Notes: generated from the sequence alone by a model not told the origin. A stretch of 64,000 bases of DNA from Candidatus Doudnabacteria bacterium (GCA_016218585.1 JACRDK010000004.1:21347-85346); one strand, 5' to 3'. Shown: positions 9,933 to 20,229, counted from the stretch's first letter. Translations and numbers: made by a program.

Positions 9933-10598
9933 CTACTTCTTTTTCTTATCGTCTTTTACTTTAGGAATTATTACTAAAGGTTTAACTTTTCCGGTGGAAA
10001 TAACTTTTATAGTTCCATTTCTGTGTCCCGGAACCGCACCCTTTAAAGTAATTAAATTATTTTTAGCATCAACTTCGACAATCTGTAAATTCTTTACTGT
10101 AACCTGCTCAACGCCCATATGTCCGGACATTCTTAGGCCCCTGCGGGTATGCTGAGGAAAACGTTGACCAATGGAACCGACAGAGCGGGGCTTGTTATGA
10201 CCGTGGCTGGCTGGGAAACCGGCGAAACCGTGGCGCTTCATTGCACCGGCGAAACCGCGTCCCTTACTTATGCCAATAACATTAACCACTTCACCCGGAA
10301 CAAAGCTGCTAATTTCCAATTTCTGTCCGCGTTCGTATTTGTCGTTTTCGCCTACGCGAAATTCCGACAAAACGCCAAAAGTACCCAAATCCTTTAGGTG
10401 TCCCTGTAAAGATTTAGATACTTTTTTCTTTTTGTCGATACCGACTTGCACTGCATTATATTTATCTTTGCCACCGGCAGACTTAACCTGGGTAACAACC
10501 ATAGATCCGGCCTTAACAACAGTAACCGGAATTACTTCGCCGGTTGCTTCGTCAAAATACTGAGTCATATTGAGTTTCTTGCCTATCAAAAAGTTCAT
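9933..10598 (-). CDS. rplC: 50S ribosomal protein L3
   Basis: GKKLNMTQ, SKGRGFAG, MSGHMG, KGAVPG. Confidence 0.98.
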   Translation of the reverse strand: MNFLIGKKLNMTQYFDEATGEVIPVTVVKAGSMVVTQVKSAGGKDKYNAVQVGIDKKKKVSKSLQGHLKDLGTFGVLSEFRVGENDKYERGQKLEISSFVPGEVVNVIGISKGRGFAGAMKRHGFAGFPASHGHNKPRSVGSIGQRFPQHTRRGLRMSGHMGVEQVTVKNLQIVEVDAKNNLITLKGAVPGHRNGTIKVISTGKVKPLVIIPKVKDDKKKK

Positions 10599-10821
10599 AG
10601 TTTGGTAATAAGTTAAAAAAAACGGGCCGATTTGCCCGTAAGTATCAACACGGAATCAATACCATGTTGGTTCTTGCTGGTAAATCGTTGTCCCATTGGT
10701 TGACCCGTTACGACGGGTTTGGCCTATGAGAACTAATTTCCAAATAATTTGATTGTTTTATTTGCGCAATCTACGCCCGCCTGCAACGCATATGCGTAGC
10801 ATTTCGGGCAGGTATCTGCGA

Positions 10822-11145
10822 TTACGACATCTTAATCTCTACATCCACACCGGCCGGAAGATTTAAGTTAGTAAGGGCGTCGATGGTTTTAGGAGTTGCG
10901 GAAACTATATCAATTAATCTTTTATGAACGCGCATTTCAAACTGTTCGCGGCTGTCTTTGTGAACGAAAGTAGAACGAAGTACTGTGTACTTAGTTTTTT
11001 CCGTAGGCAGCGGAATTGGGCCTGAAATAGTCGCCCCGGTCCTTTTGGCCGTGTCAACAATTTGTTTAGAGCTCTGGTCAATAAGCTTATGATCGTAAGC
11101 TCTAATCTTTATACGAATTTTGGGAGCGGCTGGTTGCTTGTCCAT
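10822..11145 (-). CDS. rpsJ: 30S ribosomal protein S10
   Basis: [34 protein letters not shown]. Confidence 0.99.
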   Translation of the reverse strand: MDKQPAAPKIRIKIRAYDHKLIDQSSKQIVDTAKRTGATISGPIPLPTEKTKYTVLRSTFVHKDSREQFEMRVHKRLIDIVSATPKTIDALTNLNLPAGVDVEIKMS

Positions 11146-11220
11146 TTGTTAAGATGCTCTTAACTTGATTAATATGGGCTACAAAACAAGGCTTTTTAAA
11201 GCCCTTGTAGCACTTGCAAT

Positions 11221-11249
11221 ATTTTATACGAACCCTGAGATTTTGTCAA
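11221..11249 (-). promoter_or_regulatory. sigma70-type promoter of the S10 operon
   Basis: TTGACA-17 bp-TAAAAT on minus strand upstream of rpsJ. Confidence 0.7.
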
Positions 11250-11376
11250 ATAGCAAATCTGCTCAAAACCTAAATGACCAAATGCCAATTATCCACCCCA
11301 AAACAGCTTAAAAATATGCTTTTACCTCTGTTTTTCACAAATTCCGCTTAATTATAAGCATTTTCAGTAAAAACCA

Positions 11377-11405
11377 TTGACAAAATACTTAAAAAATGCT
11401 ATAAT
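11377..11405 (+). promoter_or_regulatory. Perfect-consensus sigma70 promoter for the small ORF at 11443
   Basis: TTGACA-17 bp-TATAAT, followed by AAGGAGG. Confidence 0.8.
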
Positions 11406-11442
11406 CTTTGGGTTAAATTTCCTTTAAGGAGGGAGAATAGAA

Positions 11443-11688
11443 ATGACTGTAAGGATAGAGCGACTGGCTGTGAGAATGTCAATTTTCCTCTATGGCATTC
11501 TGAACGCGATTTTCGTGGGCATCGCCTATAAGCCGGCCATGTCCTACACAAAAAGCTCATCGGGAGAGTTGGCAAACCTGCTGACGATGCTTCTGATTGA
11601 AGCCCTTGTGTTGTTCAACCTCGCGATAGCGGCAACAGCCCTACTCATGAGGCTTGAGAAAAAACCTGACGCCACGACTCAAACGTAA
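11443..11688 (+). CDS. Small hypothetical membrane protein (two hydrophobic segments)
   Basis: Own consensus promoter, strong SD, downstream hairpin terminator. Confidence 0.65.
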   Translation: MTVRIERLAVRMSIFLYGILNAIFVGIAYKPAMSYTKSSSGELANLLTMLLIEALVLFNLAIAATALLMRLEKKPDATTQT

Positions 11689-11719
11689 ACAACCCGGGCT
11701 TGCCCGAGATGGCAAGCAG

Positions 11720-11752
11720 ACAGCGCAGACCTTTACCGGCCTGCGCTGTTTT
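11720..11752 (+). terminator. Intrinsic terminator
   Basis: ACAGCGCAG...CTGCGCTGT hairpin followed by T run. Confidence 0.6.
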
Positions 11753-11771
11753 CAATTTCTTAATACAAACT

Positions 11772-11805
11772 AAAACTCCCCTCGCGAAAGCGGGGGGAGT
11801 TTTTT
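11772..11805. terminator. Intrinsic terminator after tuf (likely bidirectional)
   Basis: AAAACTCCCC...GGGGAGTTTT hairpin. Confidence 0.7.
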
Positions 11806-11845
11806 CTACAAGCTAATTACTACTTACTACTAACTAGTAATTAAG

Positions 11846-13033
11846 CTATTTGATGATTTTAGTAACAACACCAGCGCCTACGGTATGGCCACCTTCGCGA
11901 ATAGCGAATTTGCCTTTTTCTTCCAAAGCGACCGGAGTAATTAATTTCACAACCAACTTTACGGTGTCTCCTGGCATAACCATTTCCTGACCTTCCGGCA
12001 AGGTAACGTCACCAGTAACATCGGTGGTGCGAATATAGAATTGCGGCTTATAACCCTTAAAGAACGGGGTATGGCGTCCGCCTTCTTCTTTGCTCAAAAT
12101 ATATACTTCGGTTTCAAACTCGGTATGAGGAGTAATGGAACCCGGTTTGCACAAAACTTGTCCGCGTTCTACTTCTTCTTTCTTAGTACCGCGGAGCAAA
12201 ATTCCTGCGTTGTCCCCTGCCATACCGCTGTCCAACTGCTTGTTGAACATTTCGATACCGGTAACAACAGTCTTAGTTGTTGGCTTTAAACCAACAATTT
12301 CAATTTCATCGGATAATTTAATTTCACCGCGTTCGATTCTACCGGTAACTACGGTACCGCGTCCTTCAATGGAGAAGATGTCTTCAATCGGCATTAAGAA
12401 CGGTTTGTCGGTTTCGCGCTTCGGATCCGGGATGTAGGTGTCCAAATATTCAACAAGTTTCAAAATGGAACCTTCGCCCATTTCAGAAGTGTCTCCTTCC
12501 AAGGCTTTCAAAGCAGAACCGCGAACAATCGGGGTGTCTTTGCCTGGGAATTCGTATTTGGTCAAAAGGTCGCGAATTTCTTCTTCAACCAATTCCAAAA
12601 GTTCAGCATCCTGAACCATATCGCACTTGTTCATGTAAACAATAATGTAAGGAACACCTACCTGCTTGGCTAACAAAATGTGTTCGCGAGTCTGCGGCAT
12701 AGGACCGTCAGTAGCGGATACAACCAAGATGGCTCCGTCCATTTGAGCAGCACCGGTAATCATGTTCTTGATATAGTCGGCGTGTCCCGGACAGTCAACG
12801 TGGGCGTAGTGGCGCTTAGCGCTTTCATATTCCACGTGAGCAGTGTTAATGGTAATACCACGGGCTTTTTCTTCCGGGGCATTGTCAATGCTGTCGTAGG
12901 CGCGAGCCTTGGCTCCACCAGTTTTAGACAGAACTGTAGTAATAGCAGCAGTAAGGGTGGTTTTGCCGTGGTCAACGTGACCAATGGTACCAACGTTTAC
13001 GTGCGTTTTGCTACGGTCAAATTTGTCTGCCAT
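11846..13033 (-). CDS. tuf: Elongation factor Tu
   Basis: [20 protein letters not shown] motifs. Confidence 0.99.
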   Translation of the reverse strand: MADKFDRSKTHVNVGTIGHVDHGKTTLTAAITTVLSKTGGAKARAYDSIDNAPEEKARGITINTAHVEYESAKRHYAHVDCPGHADYIKNMITGAAQMDGAILVVSATDGPMPQTREHILLAKQVGVPYIIVYMNKCDMVQDAELLELVEEEIRDLLTKYEFPGKDTPIVRGSALKALEGDTSEMGEGSILKLVEYLDTYIPDPKRETDKPFLMPIEDIFSIEGRGTVVTGRIERGEIKLSDEIEIVGLKPTTKTVVTGIEMFNKQLDSGMAGDNAGILLRGTKKEEVERGQVLCKPGSITPHTEFETEVYILSKEEGGRHTPFFKGYKPQFYIRTTDVTGDVTLPEGQEMVMPGDTVKLVVKLITPVALEEKGKFAIREGGHTVGAGVVTKIIK

Positions 13034-13277
13034 TTGAATTTGCCTTTCTTTCGGAGAATCGGATTGTCGGAGAATCGGAAATAAAGTTTTGGCTTAATTT
13101 TCCGACTTTCTGATTTTTCTGATTTTCCGGGTTGCCCGAGACCCCCTCATCACTAATGCTTATCGATAAGGCATCAGTGCCGAGGGTATCTCTTTCTTTC
13201 CTTACGGAATCCAGGGCATTTGATTAATTAATTTTTACCCGCCTTAAGCTCGAAAGCTTTGGTTAGGGCTAGAACTT

Positions 13278-13306
13278 ATTTTAAAGATATTTTGCCTTGC
13301 TGTCAA
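13278..13306 (-). promoter_or_regulatory. sigma70-type promoter for tuf
   Basis: TTGACA-17 bp-TAAAAT on minus strand. Confidence 0.65.
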
Positions 13307-13459
13307 ACAGCATAATGTGATACTGATATACAAATACATTCGGATGATACTGATAATACCGATTCGCTCTTTGTCAGTTTGTCAGTATCTTTATTAACCC
13401 TGCCTACCGGCAGGCAGGCGTATTATCAGTATTCAAATCTGTATATCTGCATCATAGCT

Positions 13460-13816
13460 CTATAAATCTTCCATATCCATCTTTGGGCCTTCAAAGTCAA
13501 AACTCGGATCTATGACCTCAGCGCGCAAATCCACCCTGGGAAATGCCCGCTCGCTAATTATAACCGGCCCTTTAACCGCCGCCTCGGGAACAGACGGCGC
13601 GGGCGAAACAGGAGCCTCTTCCTGTAATTGCGCATTTAAAATTTCCCTATTTATTTTTTCAACATCCAAAATTTGTTTTTGCAGTTTTCCCAGCAGCAGG
13701 CGCTGATATTCCGCCAGCGGCAAAATTACCAATTGTGTCTCCCCTGTTTCATCAATAACAAAAAACTTGCCTCCATCGGCCTTGGCTAAATTTATAATAT
13801 CCTTTAATGAATTCAT
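13460..13816 (-). CDS. Hypothetical protein; N-terminus resembles Phd/YefM antitoxin fold, acidic tail
   Basis: GGKFFVIDETGETQLVILPLAEYQRL pattern; host-like codon style. Confidence 0.7.
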   Translation of the reverse strand: MNSLKDIINLAKADGGKFFVIDETGETQLVILPLAEYQRLLLGKLQKQILDVEKINREILNAQLQEEAPVSPAPSVPEAAVKGPVIISERAFPRVDLRAEVIDPSFDFEGPKMDMEDL

Positions 13817-13951
13817 GATTTTTCTTTCTTAATTTCCCGCCAGGGGCGGGCATTCCCTAATTTCATTCTCATTATACGCCTCTTAGAAAGGCTTTACAAC
13901 TTTCTAAATAATTTGGTATTCTTGGGACTAGAATTTTGCAGGAGGATTGCG

Positions 13952-14320
13952 ATGTTGATTGTTTGTAAGGTGTTTGCTGTTTTGGTTTTTTATCACTCAG
14001 CGTCCTTTATGCATGCTGCCATAAATATGTTAATTTACAGAAACTTACCTAGCAGCGAAAGGAAAACTTCTGGCCCAATAACAAAAGCCTTCCACCTCGG
14101 AATTGCCATTTTGGCAACGACTCTTCTCCCCCCCTCACAAATCACAATACAAGAACTAGCCTTAGCAATTTTGGTTTATGCTGGCACGGCCATCTGGTGT
14201 TTTAACAAGGCAGTGAAGCACGTAAAGGATCAAAAAACGAGAGAGGCAAATGTATTTGGCGGTACTGGGATAGCGTTTATGTCGTTAGTTTTTTTCTTTT
14301 TTGGGTTGTGCTTGGTGTAG
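13952..14320 (+). CDS. Hypothetical membrane protein (about 4 TM)
   Basis: AGGAGG upstream of ATG 13952; hydrophobic segments; GC hairpin at 14354-14382. Confidence 0.6.
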   Translation: MLIVCKVFAVLVFYHSASFMHAAINMLIYRNLPSSERKTSGPITKAFHLGIAILATTLLPPSQITIQELALAILVYAGTAIWCFNKAVKHVKDQKTREANVFGGTGIAFMSLVFFFFGLCLV

Positions 14321-14550
14321 AACCTCCTTACCGCAAAACAAGAACAGCTTTGTGCCGGCGGGTCCGTAAGGACTCCGCCGGCATCATCATTTTTATATTT
14401 TATAAATTGTGCAGATTTGGACGATCGTCAGAATATGTACAAAGATAAAAATGTAAAATACTCTGAAAGCTCTAAATTTAAAACAGGCCAATGCAATCGC
14501 ATTGGCCTGTTTTTATCTGTACTATCTGTTCCCATCCGTAATCCGTGATT

Positions 14551-16671
14551 CTACATACCTTTTCTAACATTGATGCCGGCGCGGGATTCAATAATCTTTT
14601 CCGCTACGTTCTTCGGCACTTCAGCGTAATGGTCAAATTCCATAGTATAGCTGGCTTGACCCTGGGTCATAGAACGCAAGGCTGTGGCGTAACCGAACAT
14701 TTCGGACAACGGCACAAAAGCGTCAATAATCTTTAAGTGCAAGCGGTCAGTCATTTCATTAATCTGAGCGCGTTTGCTGTTTAAGTCTCCGATTACGTCA
14801 CCCATGTTTGTTTCCGGAGTGGTAACTTCAACTTTCATAATCGGTTCCAAAATAATTGGGGTAGCTTTTTTAACAGCATCCTGCAAACCCTTGGAAGCGG
14901 CAATTTTGAAAGCCATTTCCGAGGAGTCAACTTCGTGGTAGCTACCATCGAACACAGCAGCTCTAAAGTCTACCAATGGGTAACCGGCAATAACGCCGTT
15001 TGCGGCAGATTCCTGAATACCTTTGTCGATTGGCTTGATATATTCTTTTGGAATAACACCACCAACAACTTCATCCACGAATTCATAACCCTTGCCGCGC
15101 TCAAGCGGTTCAACGCGAATATAACAATGTCCGTATTGTCCGCGTCCACCAGTCTGGCGAATGTATTTGCTTTCCGCTTCGGCAATCTTCTTAATGGTTT
15201 CCTTGTAAGCTACTTCCGGCTTACCAACGTTAGCTTCCACTTTAAACTCGCGCTTCATGCGGTCAACAATAATTTCCAAGTGCAATTCACCCATACCGGC
15301 AATAATTGTCTGCTGGGTTTCTTCGTTAGTGGAAAGTTTGAAGGTCGGATCTTCTTCAGCCAATTTAGACAAAGCAATGCCCATTTTTTCCTGGTCAGCT
15401 TTGGTCTTCGGTTCAATGGACATGGAAATAACCGTGTCGGCAAACTTGATAGTTTCCAAACGAATCGGCTTTTCTACATCGCACAAAGTATCTCCGGTAA
15501 ATGTTTCTTTTGGTCCCACAAGGGCGCAAATATCTCCGGCAAAAACTTCTTTAACTTCATCGCGCTGGTCGGCACGCATACGGACAATACGTCCAACGCG
15601 TTCTTTGTTGCCGGTGCGGGCGTTAAGAACATAAGAACCGGCTTCCAATTTTCCCGCGTACACGCGGAAGAAACACAAGCGTCCAACGAACGGGTCGGTG
15701 GCAATTTTAAAAGCCAAAGCTGTAAATGGTTCTTCGTCGGAAGGCTTTCTTAAAATTTCCGCATCGGTTTTTAAGTCATGGCCTTTTACCACGCCGCGGT
15801 CAACCGGGGAAGGTAAAAAGTTAACAACGGCGTCAAGAATTTTTTGAACAATAATTCCGCGTCCGTCGCCGCCTAAGACCGGGAAGAATTTTCCGCCCTG
15901 AACGGCTTTGCGAATTGCAACCAAGAATTCATTTTCTGTGAGTTCTTGTCCGCCTAAATATTTTTCCATTAAGGCGTCATCGCTTTCAACTACTTTTTCA
16001 AGCAACTTATGGCGATATTCCTTGGCTTTTTCCAGCATATCGGCCGGCACTTCGCCAACGGTAAACTCTTTGTCGGTAAAATCTTTATAGGTGTAGGACT
16101 TCATATTAATAAGGTCAACTACGCCATTGATATCTTTTTCAAAACCAATCGGCAACTGAATTGGGAAAGCATTCGGGGAAAGGCGCTTATGAATAGAATC
16201 CAAAGACTTATAAAAATCTCCGCCAGTTTGGTTGATTTTGTTAATGAAGCACATGCGAGGCACCTGGTATTTATCGGCCTGGCGCCAAACAGTTTCACTT
16301 TGCGGTTCTACACCCATTTTTCCATCAAAGACAACAACCGCGCCGTCGAGAACGCGCAAACTGCGTTCTACTTCCACGGTAAAGTCCACGTGGCCCGGAG
16401 TGTCAATAATGTTAATTTTGTGCTTAACGTCCCCTGCCAATTTAATAAAGCGGGGGGTCCAGTAGCAGGTAACGGCGGCGGAGGTAATGGTAATACCGCG
16501 CTCGCGTTCCTGTTCCATCCAGTCGGTGGTAGTTTCACCTTCGTGCACCGCGCCAATCTTGTGAATCATACCGGTGTTATACAAAACACCTTCGGTGACG
16601 GTGGTTTTACCGGCATCAATGTGGGCAATAATTCCAATATTGCGGGTTACTTCTATAGGATATTCTCTCAT
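14551..16671 (-). CDS. fusA: Elongation factor G
   Basis: [30 protein letters not shown]. Confidence 0.99.
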   Translation of the reverse strand: MREYPIEVTRNIGIIAHIDAGKTTVTEGVLYNTGMIHKIGAVHEGETTTDWMEQERERGITITSAAVTCYWTPRFIKLAGDVKHKINIIDTPGHVDFTVEVERSLRVLDGAVVVFDGKMGVEPQSETVWRQADKYQVPRMCFINKINQTGGDFYKSLDSIHKRLSPNAFPIQLPIGFEKDINGVVDLINMKSYTYKDFTDKEFTVGEVPADMLEKAKEYRHKLLEKVVESDDALMEKYLGGQELTENEFLVAIRKAVQGGKFFPVLGGDGRGIIVQKILDAVVNFLPSPVDRGVVKGHDLKTDAEILRKPSDEEPFTALAFKIATDPFVGRLCFFRVYAGKLEAGSYVLNARTGNKERVGRIVRMRADQRDEVKEVFAGDICALVGPKETFTGDTLCDVEKPIRLETIKFADTVISMSIEPKTKADQEKMGIALSKLAEEDPTFKLSTNEETQQTIIAGMGELHLEIIVDRMKREFKVEANVGKPEVAYKETIKKIAEAESKYIRQTGGRGQYGHCYIRVEPLERGKGYEFVDEVVGGVIPKEYIKPIDKGIQESAANGVIAGYPLVDFRAAVFDGSYHEVDSSEMAFKIAASKGLQDAVKKATPIILEPIMKVEVTTPETNMGDVIGDLNSKRAQINEMTDRLHLKIIDAFVPLSEMFGYATALRSMTQGQASYTMEFDHYAEVPKNVAEKIIESRAGINVRKGM

Positions 16672-16864
16672 AAATAAATATTAGATTAGAGATTTAAGAA
16701 TTAAACTTTTATTTTTAATTTTGAAGTTTCCAAAACTTTTGTAACAGTCTATCAAGCTTTTAAAGTTGTAAAGTTTTTCAAGTTTCTACATCCGCTTTAT
16801 GAACTTAACGGACACGGCTAACTTGATAAACTTTACAAACTTGATGAACTTTTAACTCGTCGCT

Positions 16865-17431
16865 TTAGCGGCGGCCAAAACGCGCAAAGTGGGCAAAAGC
16901 TTTGTTGGCTTCAGCCATACGGTGTACATCTTCGCGTTTCTTCATAGCGCCACCGGTCTTGTTGTATGCATCCATAATTTCACCGGCAAGTCTTTGCGCC
17001 ATAGGAGAACCTTTTTTGGCGCGGCAGGCGGCCAATAACCAGCGCATGGCTAAAGTGGTGCGGCGAGGTTCCATAACTTCCATTGGTACCTGATAGTTAG
17101 CACCGCCAATGCGGCGGGATTTTAATTCCATAATTGGGGAAACATTTTTTAAAGCAATATCAAAAACCTGGCGGCCTTCCAACACTGCCGGCTTTTCTTC
17201 TTTTGCCGGTTTTTCTCCGGTTGTTTTAGAAGCCGTTGTGGCTGTAGCCGGGGCGGTTAGAGTAGCGGCTTTTTCGCCGACTATGTCTAATGCATCGTAA
17301 AAAATCTTGCGGGCAACATTCTTCTTGCCGCGTTCCATTAAATAGTTAATGAATTTTGCATATTTAACCGAGCCGTAACGAGGGTCCGGTTCTGGAACGT
17401 GTTTATCGTAACTTCTGGATTTTCTTGGCAT
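16865..17431 (-). CDS. rpsG: 30S ribosomal protein S7 with Ala/Thr/Lys-rich insertion
   Basis: SRRIGGANYQVP, HRMAEANKAFAHF. Confidence 0.98.
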   Translation of the reverse strand: MPRKSRSYDKHVPEPDPRYGSVKYAKFINYLMERGKKNVARKIFYDALDIVGEKAATLTAPATATTASKTTGEKPAKEEKPAVLEGRQVFDIALKNVSPIMELKSRRIGGANYQVPMEVMEPRRTTLAMRWLLAACRAKKGSPMAQRLAGEIMDAYNKTGGAMKKREDVHRMAEANKAFAHFARFGRR

Positions 17432-17440
17432 ATGTTTATT

Positions 17441-18028
17441 CCACTAATTCACGAATTCTCACTAATTTCACGAATACCACTTAGTGTGATTCGTGATGAT
17501 TAGTGAATTCGTGGATAAATTATTTTCTCTTCGTTCCGTATTTAGAACGGCTTCTCTTTCTCCCGTCGACTCCGAGAGTATCTAGCTTTCCGCGAACAAT
17601 GTGATAACGGACACCGGGAAGATCTTTTACACGTCCGCCGCGGATCATTACTACGCTGTGTTCCTGTAAGTTGTGGCCAATACCCGGGATGTAAGCAATA
17701 ACTTCCATTCCGTTGGTAAGTTTGACCTTAGCCACTTTACGCAAAGCCGAGTTCGGCTTTTTAGGCGTTGTGGTATAAACCTTTAAACAGACACCGCGCA
17801 TAAACGGGGCGCCGGTTTTTATGAACAATGTCTTGTTCTTTATCAAGTTCTGCCTGCGCATTAACGCCGGAGACTTGCTTTTGGTTTTAAGAGGGCTTCT
17901 GCCTCTGCGAACCAATTGATTGATTGTTGGCATTTTTTCTCCACCAATTCTCGAATTAACACTAATTTCACGAATACTACTTAGTATAATTCGCGATGAT
18001 TAGTGAATTCGTGGATAAATTATTTTCT
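17441..18028. repeat. Pair of 88-bp direct repeats (17441-17528 and 17941-18028) flanking rpsL, each an imperfect hairpin
   Basis: Near-identical CCAC.AATTC...CACTAATTTCACGAATAC.ACTTAGT...GATGATTAGTGAATTCGTGGATAAATTATTTTCT. Confidence 0.9.
17520..17933 (-). CDS. rpsL: 30S ribosomal protein S12
   Basis: [31 protein letters not shown]. Confidence 0.99.
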   Translation of the reverse strand: MPTINQLVRRGRSPLKTKSKSPALMRRQNLIKNKTLFIKTGAPFMRGVCLKVYTTTPKKPNSALRKVAKVKLTNGMEVIAYIPGIGHNLQEHSVVMIRGGRVKDLPGVRYHIVRGKLDTLGVDGRKRSRSKYGTKRK

Positions 18029-18124
18029 TGAATACTTTAAATAGCCATAAAAAAACTGACAAAAGATGTCAGATCTTTCGCGCTCGCCTGCTTGGTACTC
18101 ATCAGAAACCTTTTGATGTTTCTT

Positions 18125-18160
18125 CCCTCCCCTCCTAAGGGGAGGGTGAAGGGAGAGGTT
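18125..18160. repeat. Solo copy of the DUF559-flanking REP-like element
   Basis: CCCTCCCCTCCTAAGGGGAGGGTGAAGGGAGAGGTT matches 42360-42397. Confidence 0.8.
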
Positions 18161-18299
18161 GTCTTCCCAAAACTTGCGACTAATAAATAGTGATTCAATC
18201 GCCAATACGCTGATATGCACAGATTGCGCGGATTTCTGCATCCGTGTTATCTGTTGCTATTTGCGTATTTGCGACTGGGCTTCTTATTCAATTAAACAC

Positions 18300-18328
18300 A
18301 TTATACAGAATTGACTTTAATCTGTCAA
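18300..18328 (-). promoter_or_regulatory. Perfect-consensus promoter of the str operon, overlapping a divergent promoter (TTGACT-17-TACGAT, 18311-18339, +)
   Basis: TTGACA-17 bp-TATAAT on minus strand. Confidence 0.75.
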
Positions 18329-18374
18329 TTTGCTACGATAAAATGTTTTCAGGCTATTTTTAAGGAGGACGATC

Positions 18375-18701
18375 GTGTCTGTTTTTCATTATCAGGGCAT
18401 GAGAGTTGAAGGCGGTACAGAACCTACAATAACCGAAGCCCCTCTCAAACAATGCCCAGGCGGCGAACACTCGTGGACTATGACCAGCTTTGAATGGGTA
18501 CTGGCTAAGTCGGGTATCTTCCACAGCAACTACTTCTGGACAAAGACGTGCCCTTTATGTAGCCACCTGTTCAAACGGTACAGGCGCAAAGAGCTGTACT
18601 ACTGCCTGGTGTGCCACTCCAAAGGCCACATCACGCCGTCCGTTGTGCACGGGCGCTGTGATGACTGCAACACATTCCAAACAAATTTGGCTGAGAGATA
18701 G
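18375..18701 (+). CDS. Hypothetical Cys-rich (multi CxxC) protein
   Basis: AAGGAGG SD before GTG; CPLC, CLVC, CDDC motifs. Confidence 0.6.
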   Translation: MSVFHYQGMRVEGGTEPTITEAPLKQCPGGEHSWTMTSFEWVLAKSGIFHSNYFWTKTCPLCSHLFKRYRRKELYYCLVCHSKGHITPSVVHGRCDDCNTFQTNLAER

Positions 18702-18711
18702 GAGGAATAGC

Positions 18712-18918
18712 ATGCCGACGATGTCAGAGGTAACTGGTGTAATGGAGATCGCCATATTTTTAGGAGGGCACCTTGGCTCGATGGCCCTCAAGACTGTCAC
18801 AGCCCGAACACCACTTTCTGAAAGGAAAACAACACGCAATCTCAGCTTTGTGATTGCCGTGACAGCGATCTGTTTTTTCGCCCCCATCGCCGCCGCGATT
18901 TACTTTTTGAGAGGCTAG
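18712..18918 (+). CDS. Small hypothetical membrane protein
   Basis: AGGAGG before ATG 18712 (MPTMSEV...); hydrophobic C-terminus; terminator at 18934-18970. Confidence 0.55.
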   Translation: MPTMSEVTGVMEIAIFLGGHLGSMALKTVTARTPLSERKTTRNLSFVIAVTAICFFAPIAAAIYFLRG

Positions 18919-19010
18919 TCCTCTCCTCACCGCCGGCCGCTTCTAACCATCGAAGCGGCCGGTTTTGCTTTTCTTAGACATTGACAAATGCTCACAAATT
19001 CAGTAAAGTA

Positions 19011-19241
19011 ATGCCTATGCCAGTTTTAGTACCGCTTGTTGATGAAGTCATCGGCTGTAAGGTTATTGCCATAAACGGCAAAGCCGTATCAGTAAATGGC
19101 GAAATTGCCGTAGAAGGAGGAATGGTCAAAAGATGTTGGGTGGAGAGAGGACACAAGTTCTATAAGTTGCTTGACCCGACAACCCGCTCGGAGTTTCCAA
19201 GCTACTTCCGGGCTTCGGATTTCACTACTGTCGACGGATAA
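19011..19241 (+). CDS. Small hypothetical protein
   Basis: TTGACA at 18981 immediately upstream (possibly leaderless); hairpin plus T run at 19268-19303. Confidence 0.45.
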   Translation: MPMPVLVPLVDEVIGCKVIAINGKAVSVNGEIAVEGGMVKRCWVERGHKFYKLLDPTTRSEFPSYFRASDFTTVDG

Positions 19242-19385
19242 CACCGTTACCCACCCAAACGCAAAAGGGCGCCCCGTCCAATTCGGACGTGTGGCGCTTT
19301 TTTCTTTACCTCTAAATATTTTACTTGTCTAAGACTTTCCAATTTATAAAAAAATAGACAAGCTTTGTACAATGACTATATAGCT

Positions 19386-19427
19386 ACAAATTCCACTCAT
19401 TCACGGCCGTGAATGAGTGGAATTTGT
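19386..19427. repeat. Perfect 42-bp palindrome
   Basis: ACAAATTCCACTCATTCACGG|CCGTGAATGAGTGGAATTTGT. Confidence 0.9.
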
Positions 19428-19437
19428 TAAATTAGGC

Positions 19438-20046
19438 CTAAAAAAATGACAAGTTAAATACTTTTCCAAACAGCAAGACAACAGGCATTAGCAAATAACT
19501 TAACCAGCCTAAATATAAAAAAATTAAAACCAAAACAAAACCATACCGCTCTAAGGATAAGATTTTTTCCATCCAGGCATTTGGCGCCAAAGAAGCTAAA
19601 ATTTTGCTGCCATCAAGCGGCGGAATCGGTACAAGGTTAAATGTTCCCAAGACTAGGTTTATTAAAATAGCCTGAAGCAATATTGGATATGAAATTGAAT
19701 TGGTGAGCCCGAGTTTTATTGGAATAACAAACAAAATAGCCAAAGCAAAGTTAGAAAGCGGCCCGGCCAAACTCACCAAAGCCATGCCCAATTTTGGTTT
19801 ACGCAAATTACTAAAATTTACCGGCACCGGTTTGGCAGCGCCAAAAATAATTGGCGAATGAACGGCCAACAGCAGCAAAGGCAACAAAATGCTGCCCATT
19901 GGGTCTATGTGGGGAATTGGATTTAAAGTAATCCTCCCCTCTTCCCTGGCAGTATCGTCACCCAATCTTTCCGCCATTAAACCATGGCTCACTTCGTGAA
20001 CAATAGCGGAAAACAATAAAATTATTAGAATTATTACTATATCCAT
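19438..20046 (-). CDS. Site-2 protease family (M50) membrane metalloprotease
   Basis: HEVSH zinc motif, AGPLSN, NLVPIPPLDG. Confidence 0.95.
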   Translation of the reverse strand: MDIVIILIILLFSAIVHEVSHGLMAERLGDDTAREEGRITLNPIPHIDPMGSILLPLLLLAVHSPIIFGAAKPVPVNFSNLRKPKLGMALVSLAGPLSNFALAILFVIPIKLGLTNSISYPILLQAILINLVLGTFNLVPIPPLDGSKILASLAPNAWMEKILSLERYGFVLVLIFLYLGWLSYLLMPVVLLFGKVFNLSFF

Positions 20047-20229
20047 AAAATCATACTCTCATTTTATCATTCTAACATGCTAACATATTTTACCTCAGAT
20101 AATATTAGTATGTTAATATGCTTAAATGTTAAACTGTATTCCTTCTTGACCATTATAACAAACTGTGTTAATCTATACAAAGTTAGATTTTATATCTTAC
20201 ATCTTATATCATAAATCCTAAATTATTTT

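Noticed and set aside
259-17300. Many plus-strand ORFs overlapping ribosomal, tuf and fusA genes (e.g. 14935-15753, 16009-16677)
   Set aside because: Antisense shadows of conserved genes with no motifs
18020-18241. 73-aa ORF in the str leader
   Set aside because: Built from repeat elements, weak start, no protein features
168-18275. CRISPR array suggested by periodic repeats
   Set aside because: Units are 7-11 nt without unique spacers, and no cas genes are present
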